From NCBI GenBank assembly GCA_964396405.1, contig CAYNFK010000006.1:7971-71970 (forward strand): DNA of 64,000 bases, in the 5' to 3' direction. The notes below the pieces were generated by a model. It saw only the letters and a program-made list of their open reading frames with translations, had not been told where the DNA came from and did not search any database. The position numbers were made by a program, and so were the translations under genes. Origin of the DNA: an uncultured Enterobacteriaceae bacterium (lineage in GTDB: Bacteria; Myxococcota_A; UBA796; GCA-2862545). How positions within the stretch are numbered: position 1 is the stretch's first letter; each line of letters begins with the position of its first letter. Shown here one piece after another: positions 19,711 to 31,510 of this stretch.

Positions 19711-21438
19711 TCAGAGCGCGTTGCGGCCCCAGCAGCGCAACCGGCCATCCACGGCCACAGCACAGCTGATGCCCGCGCCGGCGCTCACGGTGGCGTAGGT
19801 GCCGGCAGGCGGGGCGGTGGCACCGTTCGTGGTGTCGCCCCAGCACTGGAGGCCGCCGTTGGTGCGAACTCCGCAGGTGTGAGAGGCACCGGTGGCCAGG
19901 TCGGAGAACTTCACGCCAGCAGGCACGACGTTCTTGCCCTTGTCGTCGAAGCCCCAGCACTTCGCAGACCCATCGGTGAGGATGCCGCACGAGTTCTTCG
20001 TGCCGGCCGCCACGCGCACGAAGCGCGCCGCGGTGTCCTCGTTGCGCTGACCATCCGCATTGGCGCCCTGATCGGAGAGCCGGCCATCCGCCTTGACGGC
20101 CACGTAGTGGAAGTCGCCAGCGTGCAGGTCGGTGTGAGCGCCGGTGGTGGCGGCCAGCGCGCGGGTGCCCCAGCACGACACGCCGGCGTTCGCGCCGCCG
20201 AGGCCGCAGCTCGTCTGCCGACTGACCGAGACATCGACCCAGCCGGCCGATCCAGGGGGCGTGGACTGGGCGAACGCGTTGTCGCCCCAGCAGGCCAAGC
20301 GGCCGTTGCTGGTGACGGCGCAGGCATGCGCCTCCCCCACGCTCACGCGCACGTACGTGCCGACGGGCGGCTGGGTGGCGGCCGAGTCAGGCCCAAAGCA
20401 CACCAGGCGGCCACCGACGCGCACGGCGCACCCGATGTTGCCGAGCCCCACCGAGACCTGTTCGGCGTCGAGCACCGGCGCTGTGGCCTGGAACCGATCG
20501 TTCACGCCCCAGCAGGTGATCGCGCCACCCACGTCCACACCACAGGCGTGGTCGAGGCCCAAGGCCAGCGCGGCGTAGTCGGTGCCGGCAGGGGCGGCGT
20601 CTTGCCCAGCGGTGACATCGCCCCAGCAGCGCACGCCCCCATCGGACTCCACACCGCAGGTGGTCTTGCTACCAGCCGCCAGGCTCGTGTAGGGTCCGCC
20701 CAGCGGTCGGGCCTGCCCTTCATCGTTGGTGCCCCAGCAGGTGACGTCGCCTTCGGGATCGAGCGCACACGCGTGGCCCGCACCGGCGACGATCTCCACG
20801 AACACGCCGGCGTCGGGCGCGTCGGTGACGGCCTTGCCGGTACCCAGGCACTGCACGGCCGATCCTGAGACCGTGATGCCGCACACAAAGCCGTTCCCGA
20901 CAGCGAGCCGGTTCCAGGGTGCGGCCTCGGGCGTGGTGAGCCCAGGACCCCAGCACGTGAGCGCACCCTCGTCGTCGAGCGCACACATGGTCTCGGAGCC
21001 CGACGACAGGCCCGAGAAGCTGCCGGCAGGGGCTGCACGGCGGCCGGCCTCAGCCGCACCCCAGCAGGTGATCGCGCCGGCACCGTCGAGCGCGCAGGCA
21101 TGGCGGTCGGCGGTGGCGACGGCCGTGAAGGTGCCCACGGGCGGCAACGCCTGAGCGTCGTCGTTGGCGCCCCAGCACGCGAGCTGCCCGCCGGAGACCA
21201 GCCCGCAGGCGTACTTGTTGGCGGCGTCCAAGCGGAGCGAGCCCACTGGCACCGCGGCGGTGTCGTCGGTGACATCGTCGGTCTCGGCCGGCTGCGGAGG
21301 CTCACCCGGCTGGATGGGATCGTTCGGGAGCGTGGTGCCCACGTCGTCGGTCGCGACAAGGCCCTCCTCGAACGCAGCCACACGGTCGGTGCCGCACGCC
21401 GACACGAGGCTCAGAGCCAACCACCAGCGCGCTCGCAT
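19711..21438 (-). CDS. RCC1-like repeat lipoprotein (about 14 CWG blades)
   Basis: Start at MRARWWLALSLVSAC. Repeated HACA..G..TCWG units run throughout. Confidence 0.8.
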   Translation of the reverse strand: MRARWWLALSLVSACGTDRVAAFEEGLVATDDVGTTLPNDPIQPGEPPQPAETDDVTDDTAAVPVGSLRLDAANKYACGLVSGGQLACWGANDDAQALPPVGTFTAVATADRHACALDGAGAITCWGAAEAGRRAAPAGSFSGLSSGSETMCALDDEGALTCWGPGLTTPEAAPWNRLAVGNGFVCGITVSGSAVQCLGTGKAVTDAPDAGVFVEIVAGAGHACALDPEGDVTCWGTNDEGQARPLGGPYTSLAAGSKTTCGVESDGGVRCWGDVTAGQDAAPAGTDYAALALGLDHACGVDVGGAITCWGVNDRFQATAPVLDAEQVSVGLGNIGCAVRVGGRLVCFGPDSAATQPPVGTYVRVSVGEAHACAVTSNGRLACWGDNAFAQSTPPGSAGWVDVSVSRQTSCGLGGANAGVSCWGTRALAATTGAHTDLHAGDFHYVAVKADGRLSDQGANADGQRNEDTAARFVRVAAGTKNSCGILTDGSAKCWGFDDKGKNVVPAGVKFSDLATGASHTCGVRTNGGLQCWGDTTNGATAPPAGTYATVSAGAGISCAVAVDGRLRCWGRNAL

Positions 21439-21514
21439 CCTGCCTCCCGACATCGGTCCCAGGCATAGCACAGCCCGCCGGGGAGCCGCGCGGTGATCCG
21501 CTGGAGCGCGGGGA

Positions 21515-22324
21515 TCAGCCCTCGGCGGGGAGCAGCTCGAACTCGACGAGCGGGCCATCGGCCTCGCCATCGTTGGCCACCACGCTGACCTTCCAGCCCG
21601 CCTTGCTCGACGCAAGCGTCTTCTTGTCGAGCATCAGGCCCGTGTACTCGGACACCTCGCCCTCGGCGGGCGTGGCATCGGCGGGCCACCATGCGACCGT
21701 GTAGGTGCAGGGATCCGGCCGGGCCGCGAGCTCTTCCGGCGTGAACGGGGGCGAACCCGCAGCGCGCCGGGCCGCAGCTTCGTCGCGGTCGTTGTTCATC
21801 GCGTCGGCATCCACGCAGGAGAGCTGCAGGGACACATCCGACTTGCCGTCGTACGACGTGATCTCAGCCTCTTCGGCACCGATGAACCGCAGGCGAGCCG
21901 TGGGCGGCGTGTTCTGGATCGTGACCGATGCGGTGGCCGAGATGGCGCCGGCGCAGTCGCGCCACGGGAGGCCGCAGCCCCAGCCCTCGAAGGTGCCATC
22001 GTTGGGCGTGACGATCACGTCCCAGGTGTCGCCCGAGCGGGTGTCCTTGGCCGGCACGGTCTTGCTGGACTTGGTCTCATCGACCACGCCGTTGCGCTTC
22101 CACACGAACGTGTAGTCGATGGAGTCGCCATCCGGATCCACCGACTCGGTGGCGATCTGCAGCTCGAGCTTCGTGATGGTCATCACGGGCTCTTCTGCCC
22201 ACTTCAGCTCGGGCGCGCTCGGCGCTCCGTTGCTCGTGATGTAGACGCCAAGCAAGGCCACACCGGTCCAGAAGACACCGAGGTAGAGGCCCACAATCGG
22301 GGTGCTGATGTCGCGTCGAGCCAC
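21515..22324 (-). CDS. membrane-anchored protein with two Ig/cadherin-like repeat domains
   Basis: GTG start and a TM anchor. DPDGDSIDYTFVWKRNG...SGDTWDVIVTPNDG..VTIQNTPP is the same repeat type as in the 24515..28897 protein. Confidence 0.6.
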   Translation of the reverse strand: MARRDISTPIVGLYLGVFWTGVALLGVYITSNGAPSAPELKWAEEPVMTITKLELQIATESVDPDGDSIDYTFVWKRNGVVDETKSSKTVPAKDTRSGDTWDVIVTPNDGTFEGWGCGLPWRDCAGAISATASVTIQNTPPTARLRFIGAEEAEITSYDGKSDVSLQLSCVDADAMNNDRDEAAARRAAGSPPFTPEELAARPDPCTYTVAWWPADATPAEGEVSEYTGLMLDKKTLASSKAGWKVSVVANDGEADGPLVEFELLPAEG

Positions 22325-22400
22325 CGTTCGCCTCCTGTTGGCTGGGCCGCAAACCCCGCCACAAAGCGCCCCGACGCTATCACGACACCCCCATTCCCCC

Positions 22401-22420
22401 AGGGTTCACAACAGAACCCT
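22401..22420. promoter_or_regulatory. 20-bp inverted repeat AGGGTTC-ACAACA-GAACCCT (candidate operator)
   Basis: Read directly from the sequence. It lies in the divergent region between starts 22324 (-) and 22481 (+). Confidence 0.25.
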
Positions 22421-22480
22421 GACGATCGCGGCGGAACGAATGGGGCCGATGGGCTAGAGGGCGACGGCCTGGGAGGTCGA

Positions 22481-23071
22481 ATGACGACGGCGAAAGAACA
22501 GCGGGATGCGAAGGCGCGCAAGCGCCAGAAGGAACGGCGCGCCGAGGCGCAAAAGGTCCGCTCAGCCCGCACCGTCCGGGCCAAGGCCACCCCAGGGCGT
22601 GTCGCTGCCTGGCCGATCACCGATGCCTGGATCAGCCAGGACTGGTACGAGCGCGAGCGCACCCTGCACGCCGCCCTCGTGCGCGGTCACGGCGATGGTG
22701 CGCGCGCGGTGCTCATCGTCACGGTGGACTGCGCCGATGCCGGCCTCACCACCCTGCAGCTGCGCACAGGCCTGTCGCAGGGCAACGTCAACGCCCTGGT
22801 GGCCGACCACGCCGAGACGCAGCCGATGGTCGCGGCCGAGGCCGAGGATGTGGCGCGCCTGCTGCACGATGGCCTCGCGTGGCGACGCGACCGCGGTCTC
22901 CCCGAGGTCTCCGGCCTCGAGAGCGCGCTCGCGTTCCTCGGCGACCTCGACCCCGATCTCTCCTCCGTGGAGGTCCTGTTCGGCTTTGAGGACGACGAAG
23001 AAGACACCGTCGAGGTCCGCCCTGAAGGCCTCGTGAGCCGCATCACCCGGTGGGTGGGCCTCAGCCGATGA
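22481..23071 (+). CDS. hypothetical protein with a basic N-terminus
   Basis: 196-aa ORF with a Lys/Arg-rich first 35 aa. No recognised domain. Confidence 0.5.
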   Translation: MTTAKEQRDAKARKRQKERRAEAQKVRSARTVRAKATPGRVAAWPITDAWISQDWYERERTLHAALVRGHGDGARAVLIVTVDCADAGLTTLQLRTGLSQGNVNALVADHAETQPMVAAEAEDVARLLHDGLAWRRDRGLPEVSGLESALAFLGDLDPDLSSVEVLFGFEDDEEDTVEVRPEGLVSRITRWVGLSR

Positions 23072-23128
23072 GCCGCGGCCTCGTGCACGCTCTCTAGCGA
23101 CACACCCCCCCTCGCGATAGCCGCGCGC

Positions 23129-24379
<1,251 letters not shown>

Positions 24380-24514
24380 TCTCAGGCCGACGCACCGGAA
24401 CTCCTGTCGCCGACCCGCCTGGGTCCGCCTGACATTTCCCTGACGAAGATGCGGACCCCCCCTGTGTCGGCGTACAGTGCGCCTGCGGGCTCGCTGGTCC
24501 CGCAGGATGGGTTG

Positions 24515-27500
24515 ATGCTACGGTCGACGTGGTCCCTGGTCTTGTTCGGGATGGCGTGCTCTCCTCCGTCGGAGCCGCCGCCGGTGCACATCGAGCCTGA
24601 GGCACCCACCACCCTCGACACGCTCCGTGCGGTGTTCGACGGTGGCCAGGAGCTGCCGGTCGTGGCCACCTGGAAGCGCGATGGCGCCGTGGTGCCCGGG
24701 CTGAACACCCTGGAGGTGAGCGCGGATCAGACCAGCCGCGACCAGCGCTGGACCGTGGAGCTCGCCCTCGACGCCGGCGACCCTGATGCGCCCACCACAT
24801 CGGCCTCGGTCACCATCGGCAACGCGCCCCCCACCGGCACGGTCACCCTGGGGCCTGAGGGCGCAACGGCCAACGGCACCTTGCTCGTGGAGGGTGCGGG
24901 CTCGGATCCCGATGGCGACCCCGTCACCTTCCGCTGGAGCTGGTCGATCGACGGCACCGAGCTGCCCGGCGAGTCCGCCGAGACCCTGCAGCCCGCCACC
25001 GGACGACGCGGCTCCGTGGTGCGCGCCACCGGCATCCCGTCCGATGGTCGGGTCGACGGCGAGCCTGCCACGGACGAGCTCACCTTGGGCAACACCACGC
25101 CCATCGTGCGCTCGGTCTCCATCCTCCCCGATCCCGCCACCCGCGCCGCCGATGTGCGCGCCGAGGTCGACGCGATCGACCCCGATGGGGACGAGATCAC
25201 CCTCGTGTACGCCTGGAAGATCAACGGCGAGGAAGCTGGCACCAGCCCGATCATCCCGGCCGAGCGACTCTACCGCGGCGCGGTGATCACGCTCGATGTC
25301 ACCGCCTCCGATGCCACCACCACCAGCGAGCCCAAGGCGGCCGGTGCGGTCTACGTGCGCAACGCACCGCCCACCATCGCCTCCGCCACGCTGAGCCCCG
25401 GCAACGCCACCGAAGCCACAGTGCTCACCTGCACACCCTCGGGTGTGGTCGATGCCGATGGCGACGATGTCGTCGAGCTCTACCGTTGGACGGTGAACGG
25501 GCAGGCCCTGCCCGACGCACGGTCCTCCACGCTCACCGGCGCTGACTTCTCGCGCGGCGACGCCGTGTCCTGCGAGGTCTCGGGCGACGACGACGATCAG
25601 GTTGGTCCCAGCGTCATCAGCAACACCGTCACCATCGGCAACTCGCCTCCCACGGTCACCGGCGTCATCCGCACGGCGTCGCCGCTCCCGGGGCAGTCGT
25701 TGCAGCTCGACCTGGTGGTCACCGACCTCGACGGCGACGAGGTCGAGCTCGACTACGTGTGGCTCGTGGAGGGCGCTGAAGCCGGCTACGCGAGCAACCT
25801 CCCGCCCAATACGTTCTCGAACGACCTCGACGTGGCCTGCCGCATCACCCCGTCGGACCCATCCGGGGCCGGGCCCAGCTTCACCACGCCCACCGTGCGC
25901 ATTCGTAATGCGATCCCGCAGATCACCGGCGTGGTCTACACCCCCGAGACCCCCACCGCGCTCACCGATCTGCGGGTCTCGGCCTCCGCCACCGACCCCG
26001 AGAACGACCCGGTGAGCCTCATCATCACCTGGGAGGTGAACGATGTGGCCGTGCCCGGCGTGATCAGCGACACCCTCACCAAGAACTACCTGAGCCGCGG
26101 CGACAGCGTTCGCGCCGTGATCGTCGTGTCGGATGCCACGGGCACCGCCACGCCCTACAAGGCCATGCCGGTGGTGGTGGCGAACGCGCCTCCGATGGTC
26201 AGCGCGGCCTCGATCTCACCCAGCCCGCCCACCCGCGCCGGACCCGCCACGTGCACGGCGACCGGGTGGATCGATGCCGATGGCGATCCTCAGGACGTCG
26301 TCTACAGCTGGTTTCTCAACGCGGCCCCCCTCGCGAACGCCACGCCGAGCCTGTCGGCCAGCCTGTTCAAGCGCGGCGACACCCTGCGCTGCGCCGTGAT
26401 CCCCGATGACGGCTTCGACCTGGGCAGCTCGGTGTCGAGCAGCACCGTCACCGTAGGCAACGCGCCGCCCCGGCTCACCTCGGTCACGCTCTCCCCCGCT
26501 ACGCCCACCGAAGCCAGCACGATCATCGCCTCAGTGTCGGGCCTCACGGACCCCGACACCCAAGACACCAACAACCTCTCGGTCAGCTACGTCTGGTACG
26601 TCAACGACGCCATCGTGACGGGTGCGGCGGCCGCTCAGCTCCCGGCCGTGGCGTTCAACCGTGGCGACAGCGTGCGCGTGCTGGCGACGCCTCGCGATCC
26701 CACCACGTCCGGCACCGCGGTCGCCAGCGCACCGGTGGTGGTGGCCAACTCCCCTCCTTCGATCCAGTCGCTCACGATCTCGCCGGCGTCCCCGAACACC
26801 AGCACCACCGTCACAGCGGTCCTGGGTGCTACCGACCCCGATCCCGTCGATGCCGCAAGCCTCACCACCACGTACCGCTGGCGAGTCGACAACTTCACTG
26901 TGCAGGAGAGCAGCCTCAACACCCTCTCGGGGTCGTTCTTCGCACGCGGCCAGCAGATCGAGGTGTCCGCGGTGGTGTCGGATGGTGCCGCGGCGAGCCC
27001 TCGGTTCACCGCGACGAAGGTCACGGTGGTGAACGCACCGCCCACCTCACCAGGCGTGCGGGTCAACCCGCGCTGGAGCCGCACCAACGCCGACGACCTC
27101 TACTGCGAGCTGCTCACGCCTCCCACCGACCCCGACAGCGACCTGCCGTTCACGACCTTCTCCTGGCTGCGCGACGGCGTCGCCTACCCCCAGGCCGGCG
27201 ATGTGGGACCGCAGCGCACGGTCTACACCAACGACACCGTGCCCGCCGAGGACCTCGGCGAGGGCGAGGTGTGGACCTGCCAGGCCACGGCGTCGGACGG
27301 AACCACCACGAGCGTTCCGGGCACCTCCTTGGCGCGCACGGGCGGGTTCGAGCTCAGCTCGCTGCGGTCCGGAACCCGGTACGGCTGCGGCGTTGATGAG
27401 AACGGTGTGGTCCGCTGCTGGGGCCTCAACGACGTGGGCCAGGCGCTGCCCCCCGATGGCCTCCTTGCGCGCCGGGTCGACACCGGCTCCTCCATCGCGT

Positions 27501-28897
27501 GCGCGATCCGCGACACGGGCCAACTCGCGTGCTGGGGCTCGATCACCACCGCCCCCGCCGGCAGCACCTATGTCGAGATCGGGGTCGGCCTGCAGCATGC
27601 CTGCGCCCGCAATCAGATCGGCAGCCTCACCTGCTGGGGCGCGGCCACCAACGGGTCCACCACACCGCCACCGGGCGCGTTCAAGCGGCTGGCCGTGGGC
27701 GGCAACCACGCCTGCGCGCTGGCGTCCAACGGCACCGCCACCTGCTGGGGCTCCAACTCAGAGCTGCAGTCCACGCCGCCCGCTGGCGTCACCTTCCTCG
27801 ACCTGGCGGCAGGCGGGGAGTTCACCTGCGGCCTCACCACCGACCACACCCTGCGCTGCTGGGGCGACGAGCGCATCGGCACGCCGCCGTCGGGCACCTT
27901 CGAAGACGTGCAGGCCGGCGCGGTCCACGCGTGCGCCATCGACGCCGACGACCAGCTCACCTGCTGGGGCGACTCAGGGTTCGTGAGCCTCGATGTGCCC
28001 GCCGGGGACTACGCGGAAGTAGCACCCGGGAGCACCCACACCTGCGCGAACCGCACCGATGGTTCCACCACTTGCTGGGGCACGTCCTCGTACGGCGAGC
28101 AGATTCCGCCCACCATCGCTTACAACGTGCTCGTGCCCGGCAACCGCACCATCTGCGGCATCCGCAGCTCCAACGGCCAGGTCAACTGCTGGGGCGACAA
28201 CACGTACGGCGTGGCGAGTCCTCCCCTGCTGCCCAACGCCGTTGCGCTGGCGGTGGGCCCCACCCACGCGTGCGCCTTGCTCTCAGGGGGCTTGCTGTTC
28301 TGCTGGGGCGACGACACCTACGGCAAGGCCACCTCGCCGGGTGGACAGGGCTGGAAGTCCGTCGACGTCGGCGCCGAGCACACCTGTGGCGTGAACGATG
28401 TCGGCGCGATCGACTGCTGGGGCGACGACACGTTCGGCGAGGTCACGGGTCCGTTCACGGGCGGCCCCTACGCATCCGTCGCGGTGGGCACCGACCACAC
28501 CTGCGGCCTCACCCCCGGCGGCGCGATCTCGTGCTGGGGCACCAGCTCCCTCAACCGCCTCGCGGCACCGACCTCGGGCATTCACGCTGCGATCAGCGGC
28601 GGCGACCTCAACACCTGCGCGATCACGCCCTCCACCACGCTCACCTGCTGGGGTGACAACCAAGCCAACCGCTCCACACCCACCGTGCTCCCCGGCTGGA
28701 CCGCGCTGAGCATGGGCAGCTCACACGGCTGTGCGCGCAGCGCTGCCGGCGCGCTCACCTGCTGGGGCGACACCATCTACAAGGCCACCACCGTCCCGTC
28801 CTCAGAGCCCTACACCAGCGTGTTCGCAGGCGAGCGCATGACCTGCGGCCGCCGCTTCGACGGCCGGTCGCAGTGCTGGGGACTCATGGCTCATTGA
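24515..28897 (+). CDS. giant lipoprotein: about 10 tandem ~95-aa Ig/cadherin-like repeats followed by about 14 RCC1-like blades
   Basis: Start at MLRSTWSLVLFGMAC. Repeats are delimited by (V/T)xxxN(A/S)PP and contain DPDGD..Y.W..NG...RGD. The C-terminal 560 aa has 14 CWG units. Confidence 0.85.
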   Translation: MLRSTWSLVLFGMACSPPSEPPPVHIEPEAPTTLDTLRAVFDGGQELPVVATWKRDGAVVPGLNTLEVSADQTSRDQRWTVELALDAGDPDAPTTSASVTIGNAPPTGTVTLGPEGATANGTLLVEGAGSDPDGDPVTFRWSWSIDGTELPGESAETLQPATGRRGSVVRATGIPSDGRVDGEPATDELTLGNTTPIVRSVSILPDPATRAADVRAEVDAIDPDGDEITLVYAWKINGEEAGTSPIIPAERLYRGAVITLDVTASDATTTSEPKAAGAVYVRNAPPTIASATLSPGNATEATVLTCTPSGVVDADGDDVVELYRWTVNGQALPDARSSTLTGADFSRGDAVSCEVSGDDDDQVGPSVISNTVTIGNSPPTVTGVIRTASPLPGQSLQLDLVVTDLDGDEVELDYVWLVEGAEAGYASNLPPNTFSNDLDVACRITPSDPSGAGPSFTTPTVRIRNAIPQITGVVYTPETPTALTDLRVSASATDPENDPVSLIITWEVNDVAVPGVISDTLTKNYLSRGDSVRAVIVVSDATGTATPYKAMPVVVANAPPMVSAASISPSPPTRAGPATCTATGWIDADGDPQDVVYSWFLNAAPLANATPSLSASLFKRGDTLRCAVIPDDGFDLGSSVSSSTVTVGNAPPRLTSVTLSPATPTEASTIIASVSGLTDPDTQDTNNLSVSYVWYVNDAIVTGAAAAQLPAVAFNRGDSVRVLATPRDPTTSGTAVASAPVVVANSPPSIQSLTISPASPNTSTTVTAVLGATDPDPVDAASLTTTYRWRVDNFTVQESSLNTLSGSFFARGQQIEVSAVVSDGAAASPRFTATKVTVVNAPPTSPGVRVNPRWSRTNADDLYCELLTPPTDPDSDLPFTTFSWLRDGVAYPQAGDVGPQRTVYTNDTVPAEDLGEGEVWTCQATASDGTTTSVPGTSLARTGGFELSSLRSGTRYGCGVDENGVVRCWGLNDVGQALPPDGLLARRVDTGSSIACAIRDTGQLACWGSITTAPAGSTYVEIGVGLQHACARNQIGSLTCWGAATNGSTTPPPGAFKRLAVGGNHACALASNGTATCWGSNSELQSTPPAGVTFLDLAAGGEFTCGLTTDHTLRCWGDERIGTPPSGTFEDVQAGAVHACAIDADDQLTCWGDSGFVSLDVPAGDYAEVAPGSTHTCANRTDGSTTCWGTSSYGEQIPPTIAYNVLVPGNRTICGIRSSNGQVNCWGDNTYGVASPPLLPNAVALAVGPTHACALLSGGLLFCWGDDTYGKATSPGGQGWKSVDVGAEHTCGVNDVGAIDCWGDDTFGEVTGPFTGGPYASVAVGTDHTCGLTPGGAISCWGTSSLNRLAAPTSGIHAAISGGDLNTCAITPSTTLTCWGDNQANRSTPTVLPGWTALSMGSSHGCARSAAGALTCWGDTIYKATTVPSSEPYTSVFAGERMTCGRRFDGRSQCWGLMAH

Positions 28898-29096
28898 CCC
28901 TCGGTGCTCGGGCCGGTACGCGGGCCGGCGAACCCGCGACTACGGCTCGAGACCGCTACGCGCCCTGATGCTTGGGTTCCGCCTCCGCAGCCGCCTGTCG
29001 AAGCGTCTGCTTCCGGCGGAACCCAGCCGGGCGCTTCGCTCACCGATCCGCCTCGGGCGGCAGGTCCGCCGGCCCGCGTGTGGGCACGCTACGCAC

Positions 29097-30437
29097 TCAG
29101 ACGTTGTGGCTGGCCCAGCCGCGACGGTTCCACACCGAACCCAGCACCACCGCCTGCGCCACGCGCTGCAGGGCCTGAGCCACCCATACGGCGAGGAGCC
29201 CGAGCCCAAACACGGGGCCCAGCAGGTAGGCCAGGGGCAAGAACACCACCCACTGGAAGACGATCGACACGCGCATCACCACGCGCGCCGAGCCTGCTCC
29301 CAGCAGGGCGTTGAGCAGCACGAGCCCGATGGCGTCGGCCGAGAGCGAGAGCGCGCTGATCCGCAGCGGCCACGTGGCGAGCGCCACCACCTCCGGCTCC
29401 GTGGGGAGGAACAGCGTGAGGATCGGCACCGCCCCCACGGCGAGCACCACCCCCAACGAACCCGACACGAGCGCCGTGAGCTTGGCCACATCCCAGCCCC
29501 ACACCCACGCGTCCTCGGGGTCTCCGCGCCCGAGCGCCTGGCCCACCAGCGAGGTGGCCGCGAGCCCCGCGCCGATCGACGGCAGGATCCCCACCAGGAT
29601 CAGGTTGATCAGCACGTTGGCTGCCGCCAGCTCGGCCGTGCCGATGCGGCCCACGATCCAGAACAGCACCGTCATGCCGCCCGAGAACAGGGTCTGCTGA
29701 ATCGACGCTGGCACCGCCAGCCGCACCAGCGAGCGCAGCGTGTCGCCCGTGAGCGTGGACTCCGGCATCATCAGGCCGTACGCCCGACCTTCCTGCCAGT
29801 TCCACAGTGCGTACGCGATCGCGCCCACCCACGCCGCGATCGCCGTGCCCAGGCCCGCCCCTTCACTGCCCAGCTCGGGCAGGCCCCACACGCCGTAGAT
29901 CAGGCCGTAGCTGACCACCACGTTCACCACGTGCATCAGCAGCAGCGTGCGCAGGTAGAGGCCTGGCTTGCTCACGCCATTGAAGAAGCCCCGGAAGGCG
30001 AAGTTGGCCCCGACCGCCACCACTGAGAGCAGGCGGGCCTGGTAGTAGGGCACGGCGTGGGCGCGCGGGCCGGGGTCGGCGAGCAGCAGCGCGAAGATCG
30101 GCTCCGCAAAGACGTACAGCAGGAGCGCCAGCGGCGTGCCCACCACGAGGCTGATCACCAACGCACCGTGAAGTCCCGATGCCGCCGCCAGCGGACGTCC
30201 TTCCCCCACACGCCGCGCCGCGATCGCCTGCACCGAGGACGACAGGCCCACGATCGCGCCGCAAGAGACGAAGAACACGAAGCTGGCGATGCCCACGCCC
30301 GCCACCGCGTCGCGCCCCAGCGACCCCACCATCGCCGTGTCGACGAGGTTCAGCAGGTTCTGGCTCACCATGCCGCCTACGATCGGCGCAGCCAGTGTCA
30401 TCACCGACCGCACCCGATCGCCCCTCAGCCAGGTCAT
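29097..30437 (-). CDS. MATE family efflux transporter
   Basis: MTLAAPIVGGMVSQNLLNLVDTAMVGSLG plus a 12-TM-like profile. Start taken at MTWLRG so that it does not overlap the upstream stop at 30446. Confidence 0.85.
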   Translation of the reverse strand: MTWLRGDRVRSVMTLAAPIVGGMVSQNLLNLVDTAMVGSLGRDAVAGVGIASFVFFVSCGAIVGLSSSVQAIAARRVGEGRPLAAASGLHGALVISLVVGTPLALLLYVFAEPIFALLLADPGPRAHAVPYYQARLLSVVAVGANFAFRGFFNGVSKPGLYLRTLLLMHVVNVVVSYGLIYGVWGLPELGSEGAGLGTAIAAWVGAIAYALWNWQEGRAYGLMMPESTLTGDTLRSLVRLAVPASIQQTLFSGGMTVLFWIVGRIGTAELAAANVLINLILVGILPSIGAGLAATSLVGQALGRGDPEDAWVWGWDVAKLTALVSGSLGVVLAVGAVPILTLFLPTEPEVVALATWPLRISALSLSADAIGLVLLNALLGAGSARVVMRVSIVFQWVVFLPLAYLLGPVFGLGLLAVWVAQALQRVAQAVVLGSVWNRRGWASHNV

Positions 30438-30445
30438 CGTGGGGC

Positions 30446-31510
30446 TCAAGGTGCCGGCACCCTTCCGACCGCGTCGCCGGTCAGCGAGCCCAGCCACAGC
30501 GTGCCGTTCGCCTCCTGCACGCTGGTGATCGTGGAGAACGTGGCCGCTTCGGGGTCCTGCAGCACGTGCGTGACCTCCCCTTCGGCGCTCAAGCCCACCA
30601 CCATCGCGAACGGCGACGGCGACGGCTGCATCGAAGCGGGCAGGCCGCCGACGAGGCTGCGGAGCCAGGGCCAGCCGGCGAGCGCATCCACCACAGCGTT
30701 GCGAGGTGCTGGCACCGCCAACCAGAAGCGGCCACCCTCACCGCGTGAGAGGCCGTCGGGGAAGCCGGGGAGGCCGTCCACAAACACGTCGTCCTGGCCG
30801 GCCTTCGGGCCCGACAGCCACAGGCGGCGCACGCGATAGCGCGAGGTCTCCACCACCAGCACGAAGCGGTTCTGCGCATCCACCGCCACGCCGTTGGCAA
30901 ACGCGAGGCCGTCCAGCGCTACCCAGCACCGGCCCGTGGCGAGGTCGACTGCGAGCAGCCGGCCCGTGGTGCGGTTCTCGATGAGGTCGTCCTTCCAGTC
31001 GGAGAGGGCAAAGCGCTGCGTGGCGTCTGAGAACCACGCCACCCCGTCGGGGCCCACCTCCACGTCGTCAGCAAAGTGCACGGGCACACCGCCGGCCGTG
31101 TCGCACAGGACCTCGACGTGGCCGTGCGGATCCACGCCCAGCAGGCCGCGTTCTCCGTCCGCGACGATCAGCCGCCCTCCGGCGTCCACATCGAGACCCA
31201 GGGCGCGTCCCCCCGTGTTCACCCAGCGCTCGGCCGTCCCGCCCGACAGCGGCGTGGCCAGCAGGTCTCCGCCCGTCACACCCGTCACCCAGCGGTCGCC
31301 CACGACCGCCACATCTTCCGGGCCCGAGACGCCGGGAAGCTCCAGCCGCTCCACGCCCGCGAGCGCGCGGTTGGGGGTCCACACGCCCGTCGCAGCCACG
31401 GCTACGGACGGCTCCCACGCCACCGGGTCCAGCGGCGTACGTAGGCGCAGGCCCACCCCAGCGACCGCAATCAGGCCGCCCACCCCGACCAGAACCGCGC
31501 CGACCCTCAC
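30446..31510 (-). CDS. strictosidine synthase-like / SMP-30-gluconolactonase-type beta-propeller protein
   Basis: This is the C-terminal 355 aa of ORF 30446..32293. It starts at GTG (VRVGAVLVGVGG, TM anchor) with a GTGA overlap on the upstream stop. LDGLAFANGVAV..FVLVVETSRYRVRRLWLSGPKAGQ..GLPGFPDGL. Confidence 0.75.
   Translation of the reverse strand: MRVGAVLVGVGGLIAVAGVGLRLRTPLDPVAWEPSVAVAATGVWTPNRALAGVERLELPGVSGPEDVAVVGDRWVTGVTGGDLLATPLSGGTAERWVNTGGRALGLDVDAGGRLIVADGERGLLGVDPHGHVEVLCDTAGGVPVHFADDVEVGPDGVAWFSDATQRFALSDWKDDLIENRTTGRLLAVDLATGRCWVALDGLAFANGVAVDAQNRFVLVVETSRYRVRRLWLSGPKAGQDDVFVDGLPGFPDGLSRGEGGRFWLAVPAPRNAVVDALAGWPWLRSLVGGLPASMQPSPSPFAMVVGLSAEGEVTHVLQDPEAATFSTITSVQEANGTLWLGSLTGDAVGRVPAP

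Noticed and set aside
24515-27100. Recurrent RGD tripeptides in the tandem repeats of the giant lipoprotein (an integrin-binding-like motif).
   Set aside because: The motif sits at a conserved structural position of each repeat (F.RGD.V.C.V) and is sometimes RGQ or RGS. This is most simply a fold constraint, with no evidence of a host-interaction role.
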